A stretch of DNA of 64,000 bases, taken from assembly GCF_006345805.1 (NCBI RefSeq), contig NC_042997.1, forward strand, positions 64,108,001-64,172,000. Direction: 5' to 3'. The DNA is from Octopus sinensis. Its lineage: Eukaryota. The notes beneath the pieces were generated by a model that ran no database searches, was not told the DNA's origin, and saw only the letters and a list, made by a program, of their open reading frames with translations. Of this stretch, positions 1 through 13,322 are shown piece by piece (position 1 is the stretch's first letter; the number at the start of each line of letters is the position of its first letter). The translations under genes and the position numbers were made by a program.

Positions 1-210
1 AATGACGGATATGGCAATCGATTAGCGCTTTGTTCACAACTTGTAACACCGTAAATTAAATGGTCATTCATACATCAAAAGTTAATTGAACATTATCACG
101 GCGACGTCCAAATTCAATGCACACACAAACACACACACACACACACACACATACAAATATATATAAATAAATAGCACGCCCACACATAATTGTCAGATGT
201 ATAAATATAA

Positions 211-271
<61 letters not shown>

Positions 272-674
272 CCATACATATGTCTGTATGTACACATGTA
301 CGCATATATGTATGTGCATGTGAATGTGTGTAATAATATAGCAATTATCAATACAGCTACCAGTTTATGGCTATTTGTAATTCATCTTTACAATAAAAAC
401 CTAAGTATTGTGGCATGCTGAGTCTTCCGAACTATGTCAGGGAATTAAGTTACGATAAAATGTCTTACGGCTTCAAACGCATGCTTGCTTGTGTAAATAT
501 ATATATTTGTATGTGTAAGTACATGAATGCTTATGTGCTTTTGTGTATGCGTATACTTGCACATGAGCTCAGGTGTATGTTCATATGGGTATGAATGTGA
601 TATGTGTGTATGAGTGTTATATGTGTATGTGTATATGAGTGTTTATGAGTGTAGGTAAGTAAATGAATATTTAC

Positions 675-719
675 CTGATTGAGCCAGCAGTTTGTTGTAA
701 GTATTTGGTTTCTCTCATC
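675..719 (-). CDS. nAChR (Cys-loop ligand-gated ion channel) subunit, coding exon 3 (45 nt, DERNQILTTNCWLNQ)
   Basis: Polypyrimidine tract plus ttcag acceptor at 721-720; gtaaat donor at 674. Phase 0/0. Length and peptide match the conserved 45-nt nAChR exon (human alpha7 DEKNQVLTTNIWLQM), including the loop-D Trp. Confidence 0.95.
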
Positions 720-1445
720 CTGAAAGAGAAAAGAGAATAATGTAACGATCAAACTTCAAACTGGAGACAGTATTATCGAAAAGCATAGAATACTATTTCG
801 TTATCTATATTTAAGAATATTTATGAAGAAAAGTGAATACAGTACATATGAATGAATGGATGCGAAAGTGAGAGAGAATCAAGAAAAATGAATAAGGAAT
901 ATTAAGAGAAAAACAAAAGGAAGTAGGAAGGCAGAGAATACTTTGAAGCACAATCCCAATCTTATATTGCTGCGAGACAAATACGCACTGAAGATAGCCA
1001 AGGCTACGGATTTCCTTTAACATTGTAATCATTATATATTAGAAGAAATACAAATAGCAAAACACTATATTTTCTCTTGTTTGAAATACCACACTACATA
1101 TCCAACATGAAACTAATAAACTAGTCAATTTTTGTTTGTTTTTACGCATGCACGTATTTTCAAAGTATACTGTAATTGCCGATCTGTCTGTCAGTGTGCC
1201 TAGTGGCCTTTCTCTCACTTGCTCTAATGTCACCCTGCCTCCCTCTTTTCCTCTCCCTCTCTATCTCTATCTACCTATCTAACTATCTATATATCTATCT
1301 ATCTACAGTTATGTGTCCCTGAGCATGCGCGCACTTATCGACATATATACATACATATATATATATATATATATATGCAAATACATATATATACATACAT
1401 ATATATAGATGTATGCATGTATATATATATATTCATATATATATC

Positions 1446-1489
<44 letters not shown>

Positions 1490-2948
1490 CATATATACAT
1501 ATGTATATCTATATCTATATATATATATATAAGCACATATGCACAAAATACATTTATATGTGTGTGTGTTTATGTGTTTGTGTGTGTGCTTGTGTCTGTG
1601 TTCCTGTGTGCAAAGTGTACATATATGTATATTTTATATTTTACGCACTTATTTATGCAATATAACACGAGACCAAAGAGGCAGAAAAGAAATAAGAGCG
1701 GATATACGTATCATATTATTCACACATACAAGCACAGACACTCACTCACACACACATGCGGTTACACACTCACACGCACACGCATACGCACTCATACATA
1801 TACAGCACTGGTGTATACTTCAAAAGAAAAGTGTTAGTTATGCAGGTCACAGAACATCTATTGATTGCATCGGTGCAAGTCATTGTGATAACTATTTACA
1901 GATATCTTTCACTATTTGTATTTTGGAAATATACATTCAATCAGATATATTTGGCCTATAACCAATATATACGTCCGTTGTGATCTGCATCAAAATAGGG
2001 GAAGCTCAACAGATTCATAGTTCAAATGCTTTGTGCATTTGATATATGGAACGTTATGAGTTTTAAGTGTTGCTATTTGTCCGGTCGGTATAGTCGCCCA
2101 GGTTTATACTTTTTTCATAATCATTTCATATAATATTTGGTGAATTTTAAAGTCTTTTGTTTCCAATTTTACTGGTGTACCGGTCATTGCTTTTACAATG
2201 CTTTTCCGGTGGCAAGGGTACAGAGCAAATATGACAGCAACAGAGAATACATTTCGCCTGAGATTTGAGTTCTTTCTGTTTCTTCATAGGTTTTTATGTG
2301 TTCCACCAGTATAATTTATTAAAAGATTAACGACATACACACATGCCTTGTAACAAACATGCTAATAATGATATACATACATACGCATATTTTTACATGT
2401 ATTTATGTATACCTATGCCTACCTCGGTTCTAATTTTATTGTCTTTTCTCTCTCTCACTCTCTCTCTCACTACACAAACACCCCCGCCACACACACACGC
2501 ACGTCGTGGTTGATAACTTAGAATTGATAAGCTCCAATTTACTGCTTGCACAGATAGAATTCTAAAATCCAATCAGGGTACAGTATTTCTGTTGTATGGG
2601 GAATCTGTACCTCCGCAAATGGCTAAGTGAACTATGCGCAGGACAGTCTGAGAAGAGTGTCATACGCGCAGCCATAGTGTACAGGTCGTAGGAATAGAGA
2701 TATCGTAGAGTGTTTGTTGGAGATATACAGTTGGAAAGTAATAAGAGAACATCAGGAAAGTTTGATATTATAGCAGTTCAGACATAACAGTGACTATGAG
2801 AAGTCATACGTCATATCAATATGCAAAACAGATTACTTAACCCCAATGCGGGGATCGCCGTCTCTTTGCCTTCCTTGAACTTTAACATTTCATGTACTGT
2901 TTTATCTGTTTTCACAGTAGTACATTCATTAATATTTCCTGCAGCCAA

Positions 2949-3153
2949 GGTGGCGAGCTGGCAGAAACGTTAGCACACCGGGCGAAATACTTAGTGGTAT
3001 GTCGTCTATCTTTACAATATGAGTTCAAATTTCGCCGAGGTCGACTTTTCCTTTCATCCTTTCGTAATCGATAAACTAAGTACCAGTTGCGTACTAATCG
3101 CATGGACCCCTCCTCCAAAATTTCGGGCCTTGTGCCTAGAGTAGAAAAATATT
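2949..3153 (+). mobile_element. tRNA-derived SINE, family A (ggcgagctggcagaaacgttagcac...)
   Basis: A-box-like and B-box-like (gagttcaaat) motifs. Homologous to the copies at 31680, 42204, 46760 and 53000. Confidence 0.8.
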
Positions 3154-3944
3154 TTGTACTAGTCGATAGAATAAGTATCACTTCACTTCTGGTAATCGAA
3201 TTGAACGCACCTTCGAACTCGTTGGTCTAGTGCCAAAATATGAAACCAATATTTTCTACCGCCATACAAGAATTTGTCAATCCGTTCATTTATCTTTATC
3301 TACCCAACAAATTCCTCTAATTTCGCTCATTACAAATTAACAAACCTGTGTAGATGGTTGTGTGTGAGTAGGTTTAAATATGTGTTGACGTACCTCTATA
3401 TACCTGCGTCTGGTTCGCCTATGTGTATTTATGTGTTACTAAAGGAAAGAATATACACCAATTTTCTACGCGGAACTCCTACATACACGATCGAAATATC
3501 AGAAGCAGGAGCTAATTTTTATTAAAATACTTACTATGTCAAACATATAATGTTAGAAATTCCACTGTATTTATCTTTGGGGCATAGTGGAATAGCGGAC
3601 CACATCTCAGTTTCTTCAACGTTAGACAATTTTAAAATAAATTGCTTTTGAACTGGACATGACAGTGTGCACTAGCAAACAGATTTCATATTTGCTACAG
3701 TAGCTAATTAATCATTTGTGGGTGATCTGCGTGTCCGCAGTGTCAATATGTTCCGAACTTATAAATGTGAACTGTCATTCATATGTTCTTTTAGCTATAT
3801 AGACAGAAGTATACAAAAATTTAGTATATAAGAACACAGGCTATATCCGTTACGATCAACCGGCATAAATATTTTAGCAGGTTTCCAGAACTTGTTCCCT
3901 ATCTGAAACTGACCGTAGTGACTTTCATTCGGTTTTATTCTTCA

Positions 3945-4135
3945 TCTTTTATTTATTTCAGTCATATAACTGCGATCATGCCGGAGTAGCATCTTCGTGT
4001 CCTCAGTCGAATAAATTGCCCACAATGCGTATCTCAAACTCTGTCTGGTACTTCTTTTATCGGACTCTGGAACTGGTAAGTGAAGGAAATGCAGAAGAAC
4101 CAAGATGGGTTGTCAAGCGTTGTCGGAGGAATAGC
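3945..4135 (-). mobile_element. Degenerate 3' tail of SINE family B
   Basis: Reverse-complement similarity to the tail at 21440-21637 (cagtcatttgactgcggccatg...). Confidence 0.55.
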
Positions 4136-4225
4136 ACGATGACGCACACACATTTATACATGCATATATGTATACATACATATGAATATATATATATGTG
4201 TATATACATATGTATATATATATAT

Positions 4226-4263
<38 letters not shown>

Positions 4264-4399
4264 TATATATACATATGAAACTTGTACTAGGTATATGGTA
4301 AATTTGACAGCTGCTGATTTTGCGCCATTATTATATTTGACAATCATTATTATTTGTTAGATAACTGACACATCTATATCTTTAGTCTGACTCATTTTG

Positions 4400-5465
4400 C
4401 GCTTTATAAATTAATTATAAATCGTTTTTTGCTATTTTTGTTTAGGGATGGATAAGTCGGAAATTCGTTGAGTTTTGAAATATGAATTCTTTGTTGGAAA
4501 TACAGCAACACAGATAGCTCGGAATATCAATGGAGTATTTCATTCTAATGTTATTATACAGCAGACAGTATCAAATTGGTTTGCAAGGTTTCGTTCTGCT
4601 AACTTCGACATCACAAATGAACAACGCAGTCGACCAGAAACGATGGTGGATAATGACGAACTGAAAGTCACCGTCGAGTCAGATCCATCTTAAAGAGCCC
4701 GAGAATCATCGTTGTTGTTTGGTATTATCAAGCAAACGTTATCGCCTCACGTAGTTCACATCGGTGAAGTGAAAAATTTGGATAAATGAGTTCCACATGG
4801 ACTCAATGAAAATCAGAAACATTTTTGAATCGAATTCATGTGATGAGAAATGGATCCAGTACTACAACCGTAAACGTTCACCACAATGGTTGGACAGAGG
4901 TGAGCCACCAAAACACAATCCAAAAGCAAAATTCATCAAAATATGCTGATGGTATGTGTTTGGTGGTCTGCCGCAGGTGTGATCCACTACGATTTCATTA
5001 ATCCTGGCTCATCAATCACGGCCGAAGTATACTGCAGACAACTGGACCAAATGATGCAAAAACTTACAAAGAAATAGGCTAGATTATTCAACAGATCCAC
5101 TCCTATGTTATTGTAAGACAATGCCAGACATTGGCGAAACTACAGGAGTTGGAGTTGGAAGTTCTCCATCATCCATAAGACTCACCTGATCTTGCCCACA
5201 CTGGCTATCCCTTCTTACAGAATTTGGTTAACATTTTTATAGGAAAAACATTTAATTCCGACGATGCCGTCAAATAAGCCTTCCAAGATTTTATTGACTC
5301 TAGATTGCCAGGATCTTAATGTTCCGAATTGGATAAGTTACCGCTGAAATGGCAAGAGTGTATTGACAATATAGGGGCATACTTTGATGCATAAAACTAT
5401 TCCCTGTATTTATAAAACTTTAGCAAACTTTTTTCTTTTCTAAAATTTCATACTTGACGACCGAA
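4400..5465 (+). mobile_element. Decayed mariner (DD34D-type) transposon
   Basis: ATG at 4448 (MDKSEIR*VLKYEF), SRP motif, *VPH, CDEKW, DNAR, SPDLA; many stops and frameshifts. Right terminus ends at 5465 followed by TA. Same family as 54256-55260. Confidence 0.92.
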
Positions 5466-5510
5466 TATACACATATATAGACACACTCACACACACAGAT
5501 ATATACAAAC

Positions 5511-5547
<37 letters not shown>

Positions 5548-5563
5548 CATATATATATATATA

Positions 5564-5820
5564 CTTTATTTAAAGCAGCAGAAAATTCAACAAAATCTGT
5601 AACTCTGAGTTTCTCGTTGCCGTTCATCAGACAGTTTTTGTTAGAATGGAACCGATATATCAATTCCATTCTAACAAAACTGTCGGATGAACGGCAACGA
5701 GAAACTCAGAGTAACAGATTTTGTTGAATTTTCTGCTGCTTTAAATAAAGCATATTACTCTACCACTGGTATTTGAGTACTCTTTTTTTCTACCTTGTTT
5801 CACATATATGTGTTTACTCC

Positions 5821-5823
<3 letters not shown>
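5564..5823. mobile_element. Fold-back PLE pLTR fragment (~88-bp inverted arms, 5564-5750) with a hammerhead-like motif
   Basis: Near-perfect palindrome flanked by (TA)n. Motif ctgt-CTGATGA-acggcaacga-GAAA-ctcagag-TW-acag is related to the 3' UTR of the Neptune-like fragment at 18160-18595. Confidence 0.7.
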
Positions 5824-5853
<30 letters not shown>

Positions 5854-6015
5854 TTTAGTTAATTATTTCGGGACAGGATGGACCACTTGAGCAGAGAGTT
5901 GTTGTTGGTTGAGACATATCCATGTGTAGGTGGTTTGTTCGGGTATCTTTTGAAAGTTGTGGGGTCTTTTCCTACTTAATTTCTTTTTGGATAACAATGC
6001 AGGACCATATATATG

Positions 6016-6061
<46 letters not shown>

Positions 6062-6062
6062 A

Positions 6063-6098
<36 letters not shown>

Positions 6099-7432
6099 AC
6101 TGGTTTCTGCATAGTTTACTTGGGCTTAGCAAATTCATCTACAAGCCAATGGTCTAGGCCTACCACGTGAGACACATGCCGAATATGCCAATAAATTATG
6201 TTAATGTGAATGTTAGAATATTGATTTCGTAACAGAACTCTCACATTTTAATTTATTTTATTATTTTTTACTGCTATTATATAACTCAATGTGAGTAACT
6301 TCCCGATGTTTTCATATGCATTTTTAAAAATATTTGACAGATTTATTTTCTTTTTTTTTTTAATATAGTAAAAATCGTAGGTCCAGAAGCAAAGCCGACA
6401 TTTAACTAACGCTATTAACTGTCGAATTCATATTTGCAAAAGATGAGCTCGTACTTTAGTCTACGTTGCTAATGTGTTTGGACTTCTATGTACGGTATAC
6501 AGAATTTAGTTTATGACACCACAAATTTCGTTCCCAACGCACCTCTAAACATGTCTTTGTAGCTGCTATCATTGAAGTTGAAAAACTTAGTGCGACGAAT
6601 AGATTCCCTTTCATCTGTAATGACTATATTTTCAATTTGATCTGAAAGTTTATTGGGGGAAGATTTAAGACAAAATTACATTATATATGAATATTCATGT
6701 AGAATTAGGTTACAGATATATAACTAATCAAATAATACAATAATAAACTTTCTGTCAACTTTCTTGGTATGTGTTGCTCAGTAGGTGTCTGTAGTGAAAA
6801 TACAAAATGCCGAATCTTATATTTCACTGTTATGCACGCTGCAATTGGGTTCCATTTAAGATTGTCTGAGTGTTAAGTGTTTACATAAACTGAAGATGAA
6901 GTTTTAATAACTCTATATTATATTTTAGTCTTGTGGGATGTGGGAAGTCCGTGCAAATTGCAGGGTTTGGAATTCGAAGTTAGAATAGTTTATTCCATTC
7001 TTGTTTGCTTATAATTTTCGATTCAGTTGAAGTGAAAAGATAAAGTTTTTCCCCATTTGTAATTGTTAGTAATTGACGTGTTAGTTATAGCATTAATGTG
7101 GGACTTTTGTACTCAACATCCATGATTAATGCAACATCTCTCTCATATGATTCATTAATTATGGTGTAATATAGTTCTTTTTGTGTTCATAGTTAATTTC
7201 CAAACTCACTCCCACTACTGTTAAATTTCGATTCCGTGTTGATAATTCAGAAATAAGAAGGCGGTTATAAAATCACAGAAATTATCTCTTTGTTTCTACG
7301 TTCTGATATGTTGAAACTAATGCAATTTCGTACAAATAATTTCCCAATGTTGTCTTCCTTTTAGATGTAATACTTGGAGAGGGGAAAATTTAAATGGTGA
7401 GAGTATGTGTATAAACATATATGCACACACAC

Positions 7433-7471
<39 letters not shown>

Positions 7472-7564
7472 ATTATATGCATACACACATGCATATATAT
7501 ATATACGTATATATGAAGATGCATACACATGTACACACATATATTTATGAGAGTGTATGTGAAA

Positions 7565-7730
7565 TCCCGCGGGTTTGTGGTTAGGAAGTTGCACTCAGGA
7601 TCGCCAGCTTGCGGTTTCGATTAAGGAAGTAGGCAATGCGTTGTGTTCCTGAGGAAATAATTCATTTCACGTTGCTTCAGTCAGCTCAGGTATCGCAAAT
7701 GTGTAATCTAGCGACGGACCCGCTGGAAAA
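7565..7730 (+). mobile_element. Degenerate CORE-type tRNA SINE
   Basis: gtggttagg...ggtttcgatt head followed by a ttgtgttcctgag...atttcacgttgcttcagt core-like segment. Confidence 0.5.
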
Positions 7731-7740
7731 TTAGCCTTCT

Positions 7741-8870
7741 ATTTAGTTGGCAACCAAGTTCCCATAGTTTTTTTTAAAACATTGTAATTTATTGCGTTTT
7801 TAAATTTTGGAATCTATTTTTTTCGAGAATTCTATTTTTGAATCATTTTGTATATTTTCTAGTTAATTTTTGTTTCTTTTCAGATCATTAAAATGGAACG
7901 TCAAGTTAAGAAAAACGAGCATTTTCGAAAGCTCTTTCTTTTGCTTTTAATCGCGGTCCTAAGGCCGCAAAAGCTGCTCGCGACATTTATGCTGTGTATG
8001 GAGAGAGTGTCCCCGCTGGGGATTCGTATGCCAAGTTCAAAAATGGAAATTTTGACCTAAATCACGAACCTCGTTCTGGCCATCCAATTGAGTTTGATGA
8101 AGAGCGATTAAACCAATTTTTTGCACGAAAATTCTCGTCAAACGACAAGGGAACTGGCGGAAAAAATGGAATGCTCCCACACTGCTATAGAAAAGCATCT
8201 TCACTCGATGGGAAAGGTTCAGAAGTATGGAGCATGGATTCCGCATGCTTTAAGTGCCAACAACAAAAAATCAGCGAGCCACAATCTCCGATGGTTTGCT
8301 TGCTCTTCACCGCTCAACTCATGGGCACAAGAAAATATTACAAGCAACGAAAAGTGGTGTTTGTACATCAATATGAGGCAGCGTAAGAATTGGTTTAGCC
8401 CCGGTAAACCAGCGACACTACGCGTGAAACAAGATCTTCATCCGAATCGCTTGAACGGAACCAAACAGTCAACGCGGAACTCTATGTTCAACAGATGGAA
8501 CAACACAACACAGCTATTCAAGAAACAAGACCTAATCGGCAGCATGAGGTTCTGCTGCACGACGACGCCCGCCCTCATATCGCCAATATGCCCAAGGAAG
8601 CCATTCAAATGCATGGCTGGTAAGTGCTGCCACCCCCGCCGTACTCTCCTGATTTGGCACCAACGGATTTCCACCTCTTTCGATCTCTTTCAAATGCTAT
8701 GGGCGAAGTTTTGTTCAATACTGATGCATAATTGAGAGCTTGGTTGGGTCAATTTTTCGTGTCGAAATCGGGTTATTTCTTCCAACGAGGTACTGAAAAT
8801 CTTGTTGAATGTTGGGAGGATACATTATTGGGTGAATACATCACTGATTAATTAGTTGTTACTTTTATTG
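7741..8870 (+). mobile_element. Decayed mariner transposon (second subfamily)
   Basis: ATG at 7893 (MERQVKKNEHF), RSGHP, WIPH, TSNEKW, HDDARPH, YSPDLAPTDFHLFRSL. Has frameshifts and an internal deletion. Confidence 0.92.
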
Positions 8871-8875
8871 AAGTT

Positions 8876-8916
<41 letters not shown>

Positions 8917-10859
8917 GTGTGTGTGTGTGTTTGTGTGTGTATGACATTACATCTAGAAAATTACTCTCTATCTAAATAGCTATTCTGAAATCATTTGGGT
9001 ACTAAGTTAGTGCAAGATTCTAAAGTAATTCCAAAATGTCATAGTAATAGTTGATGTGCATTAAGGAAAATTAAATGTACACATTTTAGATTTTTAAATA
9101 ATTGTGCATTTGGAGTAACTTATTGTGTTAAACTTTTTGTTGATATTCAAATCTTAAATAATCTAAAGTGCGGCTCTGTTAGTTATCATACCAATAGGAA
9201 ATATATCGCCTTCCTTAAAAGCATGCAGTCCACTTTTACTAATATTTAATATTATTGAAATTTAATTTCATGAGCACTGTTTAAGACGAAAAAAAAAACA
9301 AAACAAAACAAAATAGTAATTGTAAATGAATTACGCTAATTACTAATTAAGGTTAATTTAGAAATCTAAAATCGTTAATAACAGAAATACAGACGCATTT
9401 TTTTCTTTTTTCGTTGAAGAACAGATTATTATGTCTCAAACATAGTGGCTGTGTTAACAGTGAAATTTGTGGAAAATATAACATATAATTAAATCTGGCA
9501 ACCTATATATAATATGTAATTATGTTATATTGGAGTTCAATGGCAACGGTTTAAGTTCATGTAGAATTGTCAAAGATACACATACTCCTACACACAAGTG
9601 TAAGCGCGCACGCATGTATGCATATATTTATGCTTGTTGGTATATAAACATACACTATGTGAGTGTGTATATGTGTGTATCAATATGTATGTAATTAAAA
9701 AAAAAAAATATATATATATATATACATATACACACACACACAAAAAAAAATGAAAAACGTCTTAGCATTGCAAATCAATAAACAAGGAGCCAGTGCTTTT
9801 GATACTGATTGGCGATTGTGATATATTTTTATGCTCATATATTTTTACGTAAATAACTTATTAAACACCTCCATATTCGTAACATATGAAACTAAACATA
9901 GAAATGCAATGTCTGCCATTTGCCGACGCACACATACATGCATACGCACATATATTTTCGTTTCTGATAAAGAAAGTTAACTTTCTAAGCAATTATTCAT
10001 CTAATTATTATCTTTATATGTCATACTATGTTTAACAATTTTCACATTGCTCTCTGTTGACCCATCACCTACGCATAAAGTACACCTACGTTGACATATG
10101 CGTTCATTACGTTACCGAATTTGATATTCAATGTTATGTATTTTACAACATAATATGCAACGTATTATAGATTCGCTAGAAATCAAGCGATATTTGTGCC
10201 AGTTGCTGTTTTCTTTTTTTGATATGAGGAAAGGTCTCGCGCAGAGTCACATCTGTTCTCAGAACAGTGTATGCGTTACCCCAACAGAAGAGCTAGTCTA
10301 CAACATGGGAGTGAAACAGAGTCAGAGGTGTTGCCTCAGAGTATTTTTATTGCTGTGGCCACATCTAGTGGCCACTCATTCCGAGTTGCTGCTCGGTTTT
10401 GGACTTTATGCATATTATTCAGAATTGGACAGTTTTACACTACCACAAAACCTGTTTTTCTTACCAACTCTGCTTGGTAAGCCTAATCCTTTAGTTGCCG
10501 ACAACGCGACCACTTGAAAAGTTATACAGGGCTACATATTACCAGTGGCAATAAGAGTGATCAGACATGTATACATGCATAAATACACACATTCATACTT
10601 CCATTAATACATTCATATACACACAATCAATCAAACATATATACATTAGGAGGAAGCTAATTCGAAGACTACAGATCCAATTATCACTGGAACCGTAAAA
10701 ATTAGTAAAACTTTCGAGAAGTTTATCATTTAAACATTTATAAGCATGTCTAGATATGCAACTATATGCATGAGAATATATACATGAAACATACTAATCT
10801 GCACATACATGCATACATACAAAACATATATACATACATATATACATACATAGAAAAAT

Positions 10860-11070
10860 ACCCTGACACCCACCCCCAACAAGGGCCTTAACTCTAACAT
10901 TTTAGAGCTCCATGACCTTCATTTTTCAGGTGCAAAATTCAGGTTCATTAAGACTGCAATTTTGATGAAATTTGAAACATAGATATTCCAGTTCATTACA
11001 GAAAATATAACAGAAAGATCTAATTCTTCAATTGCATGTAACACGGGCAACGCCGGGTATCTCTGCTAAT
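10860..11070 (+). mobile_element. Possible non-autonomous Helitron-like element 3' terminus
   Basis: GC-rich cgggcaacgccggg segment followed ~10 nt later by CTAA (degenerate CTRR) and then TA repeats. The hairpin is weak. Confidence 0.35.
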
Positions 11071-11097
11071 ATATACATACATACATATATATATATA

Positions 11098-11141
<44 letters not shown>

Positions 11142-11142
<1 letters not shown>

Positions 11143-12230
11143 AGGGTGCGTAAAATATTTGAGGACAGATTTATGTTTATAAAAATGTGATATATAATAA
11201 CAGATAATAAATGTTATGAAGATAAAAAAAAACTTTTTTTCTATAATGTTATTCAATAAACCACTTTCAGCTTTGACTACCGCTTCTATATGAGGTCTAA
11301 ATCATCTACAAGCTCGAATTAAGTGTTCGTGGTTCATTTTGGACATTACTCTGATTATTGCACCCTCCAAGGAATCTTTACTGTTATGGCCGTGTTCATT
11401 GACATCTCTTTTAACAGCGCTCCACATGTAATAAACCAATGGATTGAAATCTGAGGAATTAGGAGGCCAAATGTTAGGGGTCATGAAAATTTTCAGCCAT
11501 CCATTCCTGTGTTACTAGTTCCATGCGTGATAGGGCACAGTCTTATTGAAACACATATGGCCTTCCATTGCATACAATGTCTATCCAGAGTTTAATTATT
11601 TCCAGGACCACAATGTGGGAAGTAGAGTTAATTCTATGGCTTTGTGGAAAGAAGTAAGGAAGCATCACATGATCTTCACTGCTGGTCTGCACATAACCAT
11701 CAGTCACTTCTGTTAACTTTTTGATCTTGGTCGAAGTGTTTCTCGTTTGAGAAAAACTAACTCAAATCTCCTTCTGCTGGATTTTTCAATTTCTGTAATA
11801 GCCTTTTAGATCTGATGTAGTGATTTTCTTTTGCTTTTTCTGACAAATTCACCTTTCCTCATCATATAAATCTTATATTTGATGTCTTTTGTGGACAGCA
11901 TTTCTGACTGTTACTGATGAAGATGTTTCGTAATTGGCCTCATGGATTTTCTGAGATTGTAATCAATGGTCTATTGAACTTGCCGGATAAATTCAGGTCT
12001 TCTGATGACTTCAGAGCGTTTACAATGCTTTTTATGCTTTGATATTAGAGATCCGTTTCTATGTTCAGTTTCTAGCTCCTTACAAACTTTGTAGACGAAA
12101 GAGCTGGCAACTTTTAAAAATCGCAATATTTCTAAATCGCTATGCTCAGCCTTTATAACCACAATAACAGTATGCCTATTTATTTCTCGGGTAAGCTGAG
12201 GGTCTCCTATTATTATCTTCTGAAACAAAG
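11142..12230 (-). mobile_element. Decayed maT (DD37D)-like Tc1/mariner transposon
   Basis: WPPNSSDFNPLVYYMWSAVKRDVNEHGHNSKDSL and IRRPEFIRQVQ peptides. Terminus begins CAGGGTG at 11142. Confidence 0.85.
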
Positions 12231-12677
12231 ATTATACAGAGTTAGTAAAAAATGAAGCAATGCCCCAAAAAGGCATGTACTCAGATACCTTACGCACCAC
12301 GTATATATATTCATGTGAGAATTAGAACCAGTAGTAATGTTGTAAACATTAACGAACACACCCAGTGTATGTGTCAGCCTCTTATATTGAGTACGTGTGT
12401 TAGGTTATATATATATATATATCACAACTCGTGTTCCACATCTCCTTTTTTTAAATATAAATATATATATATATGAGTAGTTGAATGAATTATCTTATTA
12501 AGGATAATTCGAAAGATAACCGATACCTGGGTAGCAAATTCACATCAGAAAGAACACGGTTGAGCTACGTCCCTAGGGCATAGACTACGTGTCTTCGTGC
12601 GGAAATTTGTATGTTTATTTTAAAACTATAAGTATATGAAAGAATGGAGTTGAACGACTAGTTAACAAATATCCTTT

Positions 12678-12762
12678 ATTCTCGACATATGTTTCGAAGG
12701 CTGCATATTCCTAATTCCGAAGGAATAAGGAGTACATTATGCAGATTTCTCATCAGGAAAAT
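12678..12762 (-). ncRNA. Type I hammerhead ribozyme motif, intact core
   Basis: ATTTTC-CTGATGA-[long stem II capped by a UUCG loop]-GAAA-CATATG-TC|GAGAAT. 6-bp stem I; GUC cleavage predicted between 12684 and 12683. Confidence 0.75.
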
Positions 12763-13322
12763 CAACGAACTTATGTCGACATCAAAATGCACAAAAACCT
12801 TTTAGCTGACCGCTCTCAAGGAGCGCATGGCGATAATGAGTGTCTCTTTATAAGGAGAGACGTCAGAGTGGCTGAATGTAGAAGAATCTAGAAGGTTCTA
12901 AAGGTTCAACGGTTCAAACGAAGTAGGAGGAGGGAGGCATAAGAATAGTAAGGTGAGAGATTGCAGGTCAAAAGAATGGTGGGTTTAAATGATTTCTTTT
13001 ATGAATGAGTACCTGTGTGTGTGACTGTATATAACTGTCTTAATGTGCGTATGTGTGTGTCTGAATGCGTGATTGTGTTTGTGGATGGGTAGATGTCAGA
13101 CAACTGACAGCTGTGAGGTGAGAGGTCTGTGTCTGTGTGTTCGATTATGTTTACTGTAGAGAAAGGAAAGTAGATAGCGAAAGGGAGAAAGAATCGGGCG
13201 AGGTGAGAGGCAACGCAAGAATGGATAGTAGTAATTGGGAATATAAGAAAATCTTTTTGACTATTGGGGTGAAATATAGCAAAAATATTTTTTGGAAATC
13301 GAGGGGTTATCTATATTAGTCA

